Assembly (NCBI GenBank): GCA_013265495.1
Contig: MU058636.1
Coordinates: 4,809,741 to 4,873,740, forward strand
DNA: 64,000 nucleotides
DNA from: Vicugna vicugna
Lineage: Eukaryota
Reading direction: 5' to 3'
Part shown: positions 51,975-64,000 of the stretch, one piece after another
Layout of the letters: every line of letters starts with the position of its first letter
Position numbering within the stretch: position 1 is the first letter of the stretch
Notes under the pieces: generated by a model
The model's database searches: none
What the model was told of the DNA's origin: nothing
What the model saw: only the letters and a program-made list of their open reading frames with translations
Position numbers and translations under genes: made by a program

Positions 51975-53224
51975 ATTAGCATGCAAAGAAATAAAAACTT
52001 ATGGCCCATATACAGGAAAAAAAGTAATTAAGAGAAGCTATCTCTGAGAATGCTCAGACACTAGACTTACGAGACAAACTGTATCAACTATTTTTCATAT
52101 GCTCAAAAAGCTAAAAGAAACCATAGACAAAAATTTAAACAAAACAAAACCATAAGACCAATGTCTCACCAAACAGTGAATATCAATAAAGAGATGGAAA
52201 TGGGAAACAATTCCCAAAGAGAACCAAATAGAAATTAGAGTTGAATACAACTGAAATAAAAAATTCACTAGAAAAGTGCAACATCAGACTTAAACAGACA
52301 GCAAAATGACTTGGTGAACTTAAAGACAGGTCAATTGGGATTATGTAGGCTGTCATAAAGAAAAAAGACTGAAGAAAAATGAAGAAAGCCCAGAGACCTG
52401 TGGGAGCCCTTCAAGCATACCAACATATATATAATGGGAATCTTAGAAGGGGAAGATAGAAAGGGGCAGAGAGAATACTTGAAGAAATAATAGCTGAAAA
52501 TGTCCCAAATTTGATGGAAGATATTTATCTATACATTCAAGAATGTGAACAAACTTCAGGCAGGATAAAATCAAAGAAATCCACGCTGAGACACGTTGTC
52601 AGAAGACAAAAGGAAAGAACCCTGAAAGCAGTGAGAGAGAAGTGACTTAACACATACAAAGGTACACTAGCGAGATTTACAGCTGATTTCTCATCAGAAA
52701 CCATGAAGGCCAGGAGGCAGTGGAATGACATACTGAGAGCACTGAAAGAAAAAGTCTATCAACCATGAACTCTATATCCAGTAAAAGTGAAGGAGAAATT
52801 GAGACATTCTCTAATAAACAAAAAATAAAATAGTTCACCACTGGAGGACATGCGCTACCAAAAATGCTAAAGGGATTCCTTCAGGCTGAAATGAAAGGAC
52901 ACTAGATGGTAACTAAAATTCATACAATGTTAAAAAGAACAACAGTAAAGGTAACTATGTAGGAAAATACAAAAGTCAATATTAATATATGTTTGGTTAT
53001 AATTCCTTTTCCCCCTTACATGATTAAAAAAACTACACAAAAAATTATAAATCTATGTTGATGGTCACACAATATAAAAAGATGTAATCTGTGACAGTAA
53101 CAACATAAGAGGAGAAGACTGAGTTACATAGTAGAAAAGCTTTTCTATGTAATTGAAAGTAAGTTATTTCTTTTAGAGGATGGCTCAAGTGCAAGGTGAA
53201 CCTCCAGCTTTTTTTTTTTTTAAT

Positions 53225-53258
<34 letters not shown>

Positions 53259-53640
53259 GTTTTTTTTTGGAATTTTTTTTTTTTTTTAAATTCTTCTTGT
53301 TGTTGGGTTTTTCTTTGAGGGGTGATAACTAAGTTTGTTTGTTTGTTTGTTTTTAAATGGAAATACTGGGGATTGAACTCAGGACCTCATGCCTGCTGGG
53401 CATGCACTCTACCACTAAGCTTTACCCTCCCCACTAAATTGGTATTAATTCATCTAAATTGTTACAAATTAAGATGTTAAATGTAACCCCTGGGAAATCA
53501 CTAAGAAAATAACTTTAAAATACATAGTAAAAGAAATGAGAAGGAAATCAAAATGGTACACCAGAAATTATCTAACACAAAAGAAGGCAGTTAAAAAAAG
53601 TGAATAAAAAATATACAAGACATATAGGAAACACAAGTCA
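51975..53640 (+). mobile_element. Old L1 ORF1 and inter-ORF remnant
   Basis: GAAATAATAGCTGAAAATGTCCCAAATTTGATG and CAGCTGATTTCTCATCAGAAACCATGAAGGCCAG ORF1 motifs. Confidence 0.8.
53208..53433 (-). mobile_element. tRNA-Ala-like SINE (Vic-1-like) with a very long A-rich tail
   Basis: Minus strand GGGGAGGGTAAAGCTTAGTGGTAGAGTGCATGCCCAGCAGGCATGAGGTCCTGAGTTCAATCCCCAGTA; T-rich tract at 53209-53287 on the + strand. Confidence 0.85.
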
Positions 53641-53829
53641 ATTGCATATACCAGCAACACTCAGTAAGAAAATGTATTTTAAGAAATATATATGTGTGTA
53701 TGTGATTTATTTCTAGCTATTGTATACTTTTTGTTGCTATGGTATAAAAAGACATTAATGGAAAAGATTGATAAACTTGTTTACATTAAAATTAAGAATT
53801 TTAATGTATCAAAAGACACCATAATAGGA

Positions 53830-56800
53830 GTAGATTCTGGGAAGATGGCAGAGTAAGAAGCAACAGGAACCTGTCTCCCCAGCTAGGTAACTATTGCACT
53901 GGCAATATCAATCTGATATAAATATTTTGAAATTTTAGAGTCTAGTGAAGGCTTGTAACTTGCAGGGGGAAACTCTTGGATAGTAAACTGTGGTTAATTT
54001 TAGTCAATATCAGCTCTTAGCCCAGTACTAGCTACCCACACACAACCACCCCCAGCCCCATGGCAAGTAGCTGTGCATGTGTTTCAGAAGCAGCTTGCAC
54101 ACAGTTTGCAGAAACCAAGGTGAGCAAAAAGGACCCTGCCCTCCAAATATAGGAGATTTGTGCTCTGATCACTAATTGCTGATTTTAGCACAGAAGTGCA
54201 GACAAAGAGGATGTTGGCCATTGTTATTGTATGTGCCCCTATTGTTGCAAGTCACTCTCCCTCTGGCTAAAGTGACTTGCAGAACATTTAAAGGCCAAAC
54301 ACCCTTTCTCTCCCTCATTTTCTTTATTTTTTCCCTTTTTGGGAGCCAAACATTAAAGACTAGGACATTCAAAAGCAACTGCATATAAGGGAGAAATTAG
54401 AAAGTGACGTCCAGGAGAAAGCGTAGGCTCAGAAAAGACCTGAGAAGATCTTAAATTTACACATTTGATTGATGCTTGGAAAAAAGAGAGACTATAACAA
54501 TAAAAAATAAACATAAAACCAAAGTCAAAACAATAACAAAAAGCAGCAAACTCTGATGAAGGGGGAAATTCTGATTTCCAGAATTACCACATTATTAGAT
54601 TCAAATATCCAGTTTTCAACAAAAAATCAGAAGGCATACAAAGAAATGGGAAAGTGTGGTCAATTCAAAAGGAAAAAAATCAACAGAAATTGTCCCTTAA
54701 AAAGAACTGATGGCAAACCTACTAGGCAGTCTTTAAAACAACTGTCTTAAAGATGTTAAAAGAATTTAAAAAGAATTAAAGTACAATGTGGAAAATGCAA
54801 AAAATGAGGTATGAACAAAATGGAAATATCAATAAAGAGATCTAAAACCTACAAGAAATTCTGAAGCTGAAAAGTATGGAATGAAAAACTGGAATAAAAA
54901 ATTCACTACAGGATTCAAAGGTAGATTTGAACAGACAGAAAAGAAAGAGTGACCAAACTTGAAGATAGGAAAATGGAAATTATCAAGTCTAAGAAACAGA
55001 AAAAAGATTGGGGGAAAAAAGACTGAAGAAAAGTAAGCAGAGCCTACGGGATTTCTGGGACACCATCAAGCCGATCAACATTCACATTATGGGAGTCCCA
55101 CAAGAAGAGGAAGGAAAGGGCAGAGAAAATATCTGAAGAAATAATGGCAGAAAACTTCCCAAATTTGATGAAAGACACAAATATAAACATCTGAGAAGCT
55201 CAATGAACTCCAAGTAAGATGAACTCAGAGACCCACACAAAGACACAATACAATCAAACTTTCAAAAGCCAAAAAAACCAAAGAGAGAATCTGGAAGGGA
55301 GCAAAAGAGAAGCAACTTGTTGTGTTCAAGTGACCCTCAATAAGATTACAAGCAGATTTCTCATCAGAAATTTAATAGGCCAGAAGGTCTCAAATATTCA
55401 AAGTGCTAAAAGGAAAAAATTGTCAACCAAGAACCCTATATTAGGTAAAACTATCCTTCAAACATTAGGAGAAATTAAGACATTCCCAGATAAACAGAAG
55501 CTGAGGGAGTCTGTTACCACTATGCCTGCCCTATGAGAAATGCTCAAGGGAGTACAGGAAGGTGAAATGAAAGGATACTGGACAATAATTTGAGGCTATA
55601 GGAAGAAACAAGGATCTCAATAAAGGTAAAAATGTGAGTGATTTTAAAAGCTAGTATTACTGTCATAATGGTGTGTAACTCTACTTTTTGTTTTCTATGC
55701 GTTTAAAACATTTGTTCATGTTTTGGGGCATATAATGTACAGAGATATAATTTTGAGATATCAATGACCAGATATACGTACAGAGATATAAAGAAACAGA
55801 GTCCTCATATGTTATTGAAGTTTAAGCTGGTGTAATTTCAAACTGGACTGTTACAACTTTTGAGGGTAAATGTAATTCCCATGATAACATCAAAGAAAAT
55901 AGCTATAGAGCATATACAAAAGGAAATGAGAAAAGAACTTAAACATTTCACTAAAAAGTCAACTAAACACAAAAGAAGACAGTAATGCAGAAAGTGAGAG
56001 ACAAAAGTTGTAAGGCATATAAAAAACAAATAGCAAAATGACAGAAGTCCCTATCAGTAATTATTTTAAATGTAAATGGATTCAACTCTCTAATCAAAAG
56101 ACAGATATTGTTAGAATGGGAAAGAAATATGACCCAACTGTATTCCCTATACTATACAGAAAATGAAAATATGTAAAAAGATATTCTATGTAAATAGTAA
56201 CCAAATGAGAGCAGGGGTGCCTATACTAGTATCAGACAAAATAGATGTTAAATTTTAAAAAGTCACAAGGGAAAAGGAAGGACATTATACATTAATAAAA
56301 AGTTCAATGTAATAAAAAGACATAATTATAAACATGCACCAGTCTATCAAAGCATATGAAACAAATACTGAATTGAAGAATTGAAAGGAGAAATAGACAG
56401 TTCTATAATTCTTGGAGACTTCATTACCCCCACTCTCAGTAATGAATAGGATAACCCGACAGATGGTAAGTAAGGAAACAATGGGCTTAAACAGAACAAT
56501 GAGCCAAACAGATGTAACAGATATATACAAAATATTGTACTCAACAATAACAGCACACACCTTCTTCTCAAACACACATGGGACATTTTCCATGAGGGAC
56601 CACAAGTTAAGAAATAAATTAACACAAATTTGTGTTAGGTCACAAACTAAGTCTCAATAAATTTTAAATGATAGATACCATGCAAATTATCTTCTCTCAC
56701 CACAATGGGAATAAATTAGAAACTAATAAAAGGGGTAAATTTAATTTACAAATTTGTGAAAACTAAACACACTCTTAAACAACTGATGGATAAAAAAGAA

Positions 56801-59570
56801 ACCACAAGGGAAATTAGAAAATACTTTTAAGACGAGAAAAACCAAAAACACAATATACCAAAATGTATGGGATAAAGTGAAAGTAGTATGAAGGGGAAAA
56901 TTTAAAGCTATAAAAGCTTACTTTGAAAAACCAGAAAAATGTCAAATTGACAACTTAACTTGACAACTTAAGGAACTAGAAAAAGAACAAGCTGTACCTA
57001 CAGCTAGCAGGAGGAAGGAAATAATAAAGATTAGATCCAAGATAAACAAAATAGAGAATAGAAAAACAGAGAAAATTAATAATATCAAAAGTCCTTTGAA
57101 AAGATTAACAAGATTGATAAGTCTTTAGCTACATGGACTAAGACAAAAAAGAGAAAAGATGCAAATTACTAAAATCAGAAATGAAAATGGGGACATAACT
57201 ACCAATTATACAGAAATAATAACAATTATAAGAGAGTACTAGGAAAAAATGTAAGCTAACAGATTGGACAACATAGATGAGAGCACCAGATCCTAACCAC
57301 TAGACCACCAGGGAGTGCACTGCATAACCTAGATAAAATGGGAAAATTCCTAGAAACACAAAAGCTGACTCACAAAGAAACAGAAAATTTAAACAGACCT
57401 GTAACTAAAAAGGAGATTGAATCAGTCATCAAAAACCTCTTGACCAAGAAAAGCCCTAGACATAATGGCTTCATTGGTGAATTTTATAATAAATTTAAAC
57501 AAGAACTAATACCAGTAAACCCCAAAGTTTCCAGAAAAACTGAAGAGGAGGGAACACTTTGTAACTTGTCTATGAGGCCAGCATTATGCTGACAGTAACA
57601 CCAAAGACACAAGAAAACTGTTCTCTTATGAACATTGAAGCGAACATCCTCAACCAAACTCAGCAACATATTAAAAGAATTATACACCACAATTAAGTGA
57701 GATTTATGCCTGGAATGCAAGGATGGTTCAACATTAAAAAAAAGTGATCAATGTAATGCATCATATTAATAGAACAAAGGGCAAAAATCCATATGATCAC
57801 CTTAATTGATGCAAAAAAAGCATCTGACAAAACTTAACAATCTTTCATGACAAAAACACTTAACTAGGAATAGAAAACTACCTCAACAATAGGCTGTGAA
57901 GCGGTATCTCATAGTTTTGTATTTCCTGGTGATTAGTGATATTGAGCATCTTTTCACATACTTATTGGCCATTTGTATATCTTCTCTGGAGAAATATGTA
58001 TTCAAGTCCTTTGCTCATTTTTTAAATCAAGTTGTTTATTTCTTTGTTGTTGAGTTCTAGGAATTCTCTATATATTCTAGATATTAATCCCTTGTCAGAT
58101 ACATGATTTGAAAGTATTTTGTACTATTCTTTGCCTTTTTACTTAAGTTCATATTGTCTTTTGATGCACAAAATGTTTTCATTTTCATAAAGTCCAATTT
58201 GTCTATTTTTGTTGTTGTTGTCTGTGCTTTTGGTGTTTTATCTATGTAATCATTGCTAATCACAATGTTGTAAAGGTTTTGCCCTGTGTTTTTTTCTACG
58301 AGTTCTACATTTTCAGATCTTACATTTAGGTCTTTGGTCCATTTGAGTTAATTTTTGTTTATGGTGTTTGGTAAGTGTCCAACTTCATTCTCTTGCATGT
58401 GGATATCTAGAGTTCTCAGCACTATTTGTATAAAAGACTTTTTCTTGGCTAATTGTTCTGGCCAGAACTTCCAGTACTATATTGAATACAGGTGGTGAAA
58501 GTGATTATATTTCTCTTCTCCTGATCTTAGAGGAAGTACTTTCAGCCTTTCAACACTGAGTATGACATTTGCTGTGGGTTTTTCATATATGGCTTGTACT
58601 CTGAAGACCACAAAACATTGTTGAAAGAAATTAAAGAAGACTAAACAAATGGAAATGCATCCCACGTTCATGGATCAGAAAATACAGTACTGTTAAGATG
58701 GCAACATCCCCCAACCTGATCTACAGATTCCATACAATCCCTATTAAAATCTCATCTTCCTTTTTGCAGAAGTTGGCAGACTGATCCTAAATCAGTATGC
58801 AAATTCCAGGGACCCACGACAGCCATAACAATCTCCAAAAAGAACAGAACTGGAGGACTCATACTTCCTAATTTCAAAACTTGCTATAAAGCTATAGTAA
58901 TCAAGGCTGTGTGGTATTGGCTTAAAGATAAACACAGAGATCAATGGAACAGAATGGAGAGTACAGAAATAAACCCTTATATTTATAATCAATTTATTTT
59001 TTATCAGAACAAGTGGTGGATAATTGGATATCTTAAGTGTAAAAGAAACAGGCTGGACCTTACCTTACACCATATACAAAATTTAACTCAAAGTAGATCA
59101 AAGACCTAAATATAAGAGCTGAACTATAAAAATCCAGTTAGAAAATATAGGTGCAAATCATCATCACCTTCAATCAGGCAGTGAATTTTTTTAGAGAAAA
59201 CCAAAATCACAGGCAACCATATAAAAAATAGATAAATAGGGCTTCATTAAAATTAATAACTTTTGCACATCAAAGGATATCATCCAGAAAGTGAAAAGAC
59301 AATGCACAGAATGGAAGAAAATATTTCCAAATTATGTACCTGATAAGAAATTTGTACACACAATACATAAAGAACTCTTACAACACAATAATACAAACTT
59401 AAAAATGGGCATAGGATCAGAATAGACCTTTCTCCAAAGAAGATATACAAATGACCAATAAGCACATGAGAAGATGCTCAATCTCACTGGACATCAAGGA
59501 AATGCAAATCAAAAACCACAGAGGAACAATAACAAGCATGGTGATGATGTAGAGAAATTGGAACTCAAGA
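53830..59570 (+). mobile_element. Long degenerate L1 (5' UTR, ORF1, ORF2 EN/RT) with an internal inverted segment
   Basis: 5' end GATTCTGGGAAGATGGCAGAG. ORF1 remnant EIKTFPDKQKLRE; ORF2 remnants MGKFLET...ENLNRPVTKKEIESVIKNL and WYWLKDKHRDQWNRMES. Many stops and frameshifts. Confidence 0.9.
57278..57314 (-). pseudogene. 5' half of tRNA-Glu(CTC), tailless retrocopy
   Basis: Minus strand TCCCTGGTGGTCTAGTGGTTAGGATCTGGTGCTCTCA, 34/37 identical to tRNA-Glu-CTC as recalled. Degenerate 13-bp TSD; no poly(A). Confidence 0.85.
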
Positions 59571-59894
59571 AAATGTCTGAATTATGTACCCACTTGCAAT
59601 GACAAAAAACGTGTTTGAACATAAACCTTTTTCATATGCAATCAGTAATTATTGTTACAACTAAAATTAATGTAAGTCATTATTTTAATTAAAATTTTAG
59701 AAGTAAAAGATAAAATATTCAGATAATATATTTGAGTTAATACAGTAGGAAATATTCAGGAAAAAAAGATTGGGCTTGTAAAAATGCTCACAACATACTG
59801 AAGTGAAAAAACTAAAATATAAAGCAGCAATATAATGGCCCATATCTCCTATACACTTGCTATGGGGGCAGATATTTGTTATGTTATACATATA

Positions 59895-60090
59895 AAATCT
59901 CATTTAATCCTTTCTATGAACAACCTGTGAAGAAAGTTCTACCATCAACATCTACTCCATTTAACAGATAAAGAAACTGAGGCTTAGAAACTTGCCCAGT
60001 TCACATAATTAAATATATGTGGAGTTAAGACTTAAACTCAAGTCTCTCTGAATCCAAAGTTTATGCTCTCAACCATTATGCTATATAACT
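59895..60090. mobile_element. MIR SINE remnant
   Basis: CTCATTTAATCCT...CCATTTAACAGATAAAGAAACTGAGGCTTAGA...TTGCCCAG. Confidence 0.75.
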
Positions 60091-61339
60091 GTCAAAATTA
60101 TAAACCTCACAAGTATAATAAAGCCATGATGTATCTGTATACTTATACATTTTAGAATATGTACATATACATGTTCTAAAATACAGGGAATATGCAAACT
60201 ATTAATGGTGGTGAACTAAGGGTGTTGATTTCTTTGTGATTTTCTGTGTGTCCAGAATTCCTACATTTATGGTGTACTACTTTTGTAATAGATTAAGTAG
60301 AGAAAGACTTTCTTCAGTAAATAAATTAGGCAAAGCAAAGAAAAAATACATATAAATGTGCTTAAAGTTTTCTCAACATTTAACCTTCACTCTAGAATAA
60401 CAAATCCACTTATGGATTTAATGAATATAAACTTTGTTTAATGAACGTAAACTTAACCCCTCGCACACGCACACACACAAAGCCTGTGTGCAAATTCAGT
60501 TCTAGCTAATAAGACTCAACAATTACTGTTAACACCCATTTTATTCTCTACATCTTCATTAGTCATGAACAAGAATTCCAATTCAAACTATAGTATAGCA
60601 CATTGAATCAATTTTCCTATTTCTATCATGTGAGCTCTCAAGATTTCACTCTGAGATAATAATGCTTTAAATTTTATTATTGTCAATAACTGAAAGGCCT
60701 CAAAATTAAAATCTAGTTTATTCTTAAATATATTGATTTCATTATGTCCATCTGTAGTCAAATTTTTAAAAATGTATAAAGGATAAAGCAGTATATTTTT
60801 TAGGACATATTAAATAAAAATCATCATTTTCCTGAAAGTTAAATTTCCCAAGAGAACTAGTTAATTTTCAAATCTCTAACACCTTCTCAAGTAAATTCTC
60901 ATTAGTGCAACAGGATTGCTTCAAATACAGAAAAGCCTTTTTATTTCCCCTTTACAAGATTAGACTGCTCTGTGCATAAATCCACAATGAACAAGGTAAA
61001 TGAGTTCAACATTCTAATACATTAACTCCAGTCCTATCAATTATATCAGTTACATTTCTCCTATTACAAATTTAATTGAATTGCCAAGATTTGGGCAACT
61101 CTAACTCTTTTTAAAAAATACTTGCAGTTCATTTTCACTGGTAAGAAATAACAATTTACACTAATAGTATTACTTCACAGATACCCACTAGTCACCAAGA
61201 AAAATGAATGGCTAAATATATTTTGTTATGTGGTCATATAATAAACACCAAAAAATTTAGGCTTGAATTTTATGTTGGTCAAAAATTCCCTTAATAACTG
61301 ATTAAACCAAAATTAATAAAACTAAGGCACTTAAATATT

Positions 61340-61602
61340 ACTTCTCAAGAGCTATCCCTACCTGTGTTTAAAATTGCAATCACTGCCTCCCTCCCAACCC
61401 CCAACACATGAACTCTTACCCCAGTGAAACACTGTCTATTCTCTTTCTCTTGCTTTTTCCCCTAGCACTTATCACCTTCTAACACACCATGTGATTGACT
61501 TGTCTTCTTTGACTTCTTGTGAAGTTTTGTCCATTGTGCTCCCAGCTGTTCCCCCAGTACCTAGAACAGTGCCTGTGACTTAGAGGTGCTGTTGAATGAA
61601 TA
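61340..61602 (+). mobile_element. L2 3' end remnant
   Basis: TAGCACTTATCACCTTCTAACA...CCCCAGTACCTAGAACAGTGCCTG...TGTTGAATGAAT. Confidence 0.7.
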
Positions 61603-61984
61603 ATTTTACTACTAGGTTAAGAGTGGAAGCTGTTGGTTTTCTCTGAGCTTACTTGGCGACTTACACAAATATGTGAGAAACGCAATATTTAATTTTGTAA
61701 TTGGAGTAAATCCTCATTTTTCACCCTGCTTAGAGCAGGAAAACACTTTTTCCAGTAGCCTCACCTGAGACATATTAATGCTTTCGTGGTTGAGGAGAAG
61801 CATATATCCTTAAGACAGTGGCTCACACCCGAAAATGCAAAACAAACCCAGACAGAGAAAATTCATAAGTCCAGGATTTTGCAGGGAAAAGGGTAAGGGT
61901 GCTGCTTTTTTTTTTTTTATATTCTTTGGGTCTCAAATGACTCTTCTCACTCAGTTATTGATTATAAATCATATCAATATTCTT

Positions 61985-62180
61985 CATTGTGCTTACTGTA
62001 CATGTTTTACATGTATTACCTTATTTAATCTTCATAACAACCCTCTGAGGTAGATGCTATTAACACCCCCAATTTACAAGTAGAAGACAGTGAGATTTAA
62101 GTATTCTCCCCAAATGTCTAGTAGGTAGTAGATGTCTCTGGCATTTAAAGTTTGTATTCTTAAATACTATGTAATACTGT
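61985..62180. mobile_element. MIR SINE remnant
   Basis: TTATTTAATCTTCATAACAACCCTCTGAGGTAGATGCTATT. Confidence 0.65.
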
Positions 62181-63939
62181 TTATTACATGATGATGAGTT
62201 AAAGGAATTCATAGAGTTCAACATAACTATTATTACCTAACCCTGCTCGTTATCTTAAGCACAGACCAAATAAAAAAGGAGAAGCAATTTCTGTAGATGT
62301 AGAATAAGTTCTAGTAGTCTGATGAATTATCATATCAAAGAAATTTCAGGCTACAAAGTAGCTAAGCCAATAAGCAATAGGGAGAAAGTAAATCTAACAA
62401 AAATCCTGACATTCATAACAATAACAACAAAAGACTGCAAAAAGGGTTAACTTACCGGAAGTTCTTCCTAACTGAGATGGACAATCATTATGGACTTTAC
62501 ATATATGGAAAAAGAGAAATACTGCTTTGTAAAAAAAAAAGTCTTTTCACATATCCCCCCAAAAGTCCTCTGACAACTTGAAAAGCAATGTTAAATACTA
62601 AAAATAAATTACTCTCTGAAAACTATAGAAATAGAAACATATTTTTGAAGCTTGTTTAATTTTACATCTTGTCCTAAGCCTGAAATGAGATTTGTGACAT
62701 CCATGCATGATCTCCTATGCACAACACCCCTATTGCCTTAGGATTTAGTGCTTTCAAAAGACACTACCTTAAAAATTCCAAAACACCAAGATAAATTTTC
62801 AGAAATTATTTTTCCTACATGTTTCCTACAATTATCTTTAGACTCAACATCTGTTTTCTTATCAGAAATAAAAATGATTAAAATGAGGATTCATTACTAT
62901 ACTATGCTTGAAAAAGATATTAATACCCCTTCAAACCGCAAACTTACACCTGTTTAGTAAATCCCATTAGTAGTAGGCACTATTAAGATAGCCCTGATTT
63001 GTTACAACTTCCAAGTTCTTAACATGTTTGACACACTTAAAAGTCACACTTGTTGTTTTAAAACAAATACAGTAACTACATTTTAAAATCTTTTCAAACA
63101 TAAGATTTTAAAAAATTATCATGCCCTCCAAGAACAATACATTTCCCAAACTGGTCTTATAAGTACAAATTTAAAATTTCACATACTCGAAATTGTGGAT
63201 TTAAGTCCACCATTTACGCAAATAAAAAGCAGTGACAGAAAGCACCAAAATGTGTGCATTTCTGTAGCCCTAATTTTCTAATAACAAAAACCACACACAA
63301 TTTTAGCTATTTGACAGACATCAATAACTCCATTCACTGAAAAATGGTTGATGTCCCTAGATGTTTTTAACAAATGTGTACGTCAATTTCTGCTTTCCAT
63401 GTTTTGTCACTGTAAATAAGTTACCATTGCAATACTTATATGTTAAATGACTTCAAATGTATGGGAGATATTCACTGGCTCTTTCAAACAACCCCACGTA
63501 GTTAAGCTTTTTGAGTTCTTCTATCCATACTTTATACTGTTTTTGTTTCCTCAAATGTTTTCAGGCTATCATATATATATATATATGATATATATATAGA
63601 AAGAGTATCTATATTCTTTCTGGGACCATTCCAACTTCACTACCACCAGTTACTGCTAATATTTGTGGTAGGGAAACCACTAAAATCACTTTATTGGAAT
63701 TTTGTACCAAAAAATGTAAATTGCCTCAGAGTCTTTGAAAGGTACTGCACACAGACTTGGGTGTACAGAGCATGTGACATCTACTTTGACAAATCAAAAA
63801 AACGCTTTCTTGAATCTTTTGAGATTTTAGCCATTTTCCAAAGTTCATGAAGAATGACTACCGAATGAGTGAACTGCTTCTGTATTTGCATTTGGAGTGA
63901 AAAAGCATCTAGGTTTTCTGGAACACAGTAGGTTCTCAA

Positions 63940-63997
63940 TGTGTGTGTGTATGTGTGTGTATATATATATATATATGTATATATGTATATATATATG
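63940..63997. repeat. (TG)n(TA)n microsatellite
   Basis: Read directly at the window end. Confidence 0.9.
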
Positions 63998-64000
63998 CGC

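Noticed and set aside
53830..59570. Active full-length L1
   Set aside because: ORF1 and ORF2 are broken by many stops, frameshifts, an insertion and an inversion.

Overview
This is mammalian genomic DNA, the conserved BRCA2 - N4BP2L1 - N4BP2L2 block. The tRNA-Ala-like SINEs and the lack of Alu, Bov-A/B, PRE or Can-SINE elements suggest a camelid (inference). On the + strand are the last three BRCA2 exons (1609-1853, 3210-3356, 4258-4896 plus 3' UTR). On the - strand is the complete five-exon N4BP2L1 CDS (732 nt, 243 aa, P-loop kinase-like), with a CpG-island promoter near 30-31 kb. Also on the - strand are the last three coding exons of the long N4BP2L2 isoform; sequence above 43.6 kb is L1-rich N4BP2L2 intron. 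Main observations: (1) a single in-frame TGA interrupts the otherwise intact 1757-nt N4BP2L2 exon; (2) a second perfect GTAAGT donor lies 11 nt inside BRCA2 exon 26 and would give an NMD-escaping protein without the C-terminal RAD51-binding region; (3) a tailless retrocopy of a 5' tRNA-Glu half, cut at the anticodon, sits inside an L1; (4) an ERV LTR keeps a primer-binding-site remnant and a duplicated end; (5) a (GGGGCC)4 repeat lies in N4BP2L1 intron 1; (6) a near-perfect RFX X-box lies in the N4BP2L2 3' UTR. I found no convincing evidence of a wholly new multi-gene system. All comparisons to human orthologues and repeat consensuses are from memory, not from a search.
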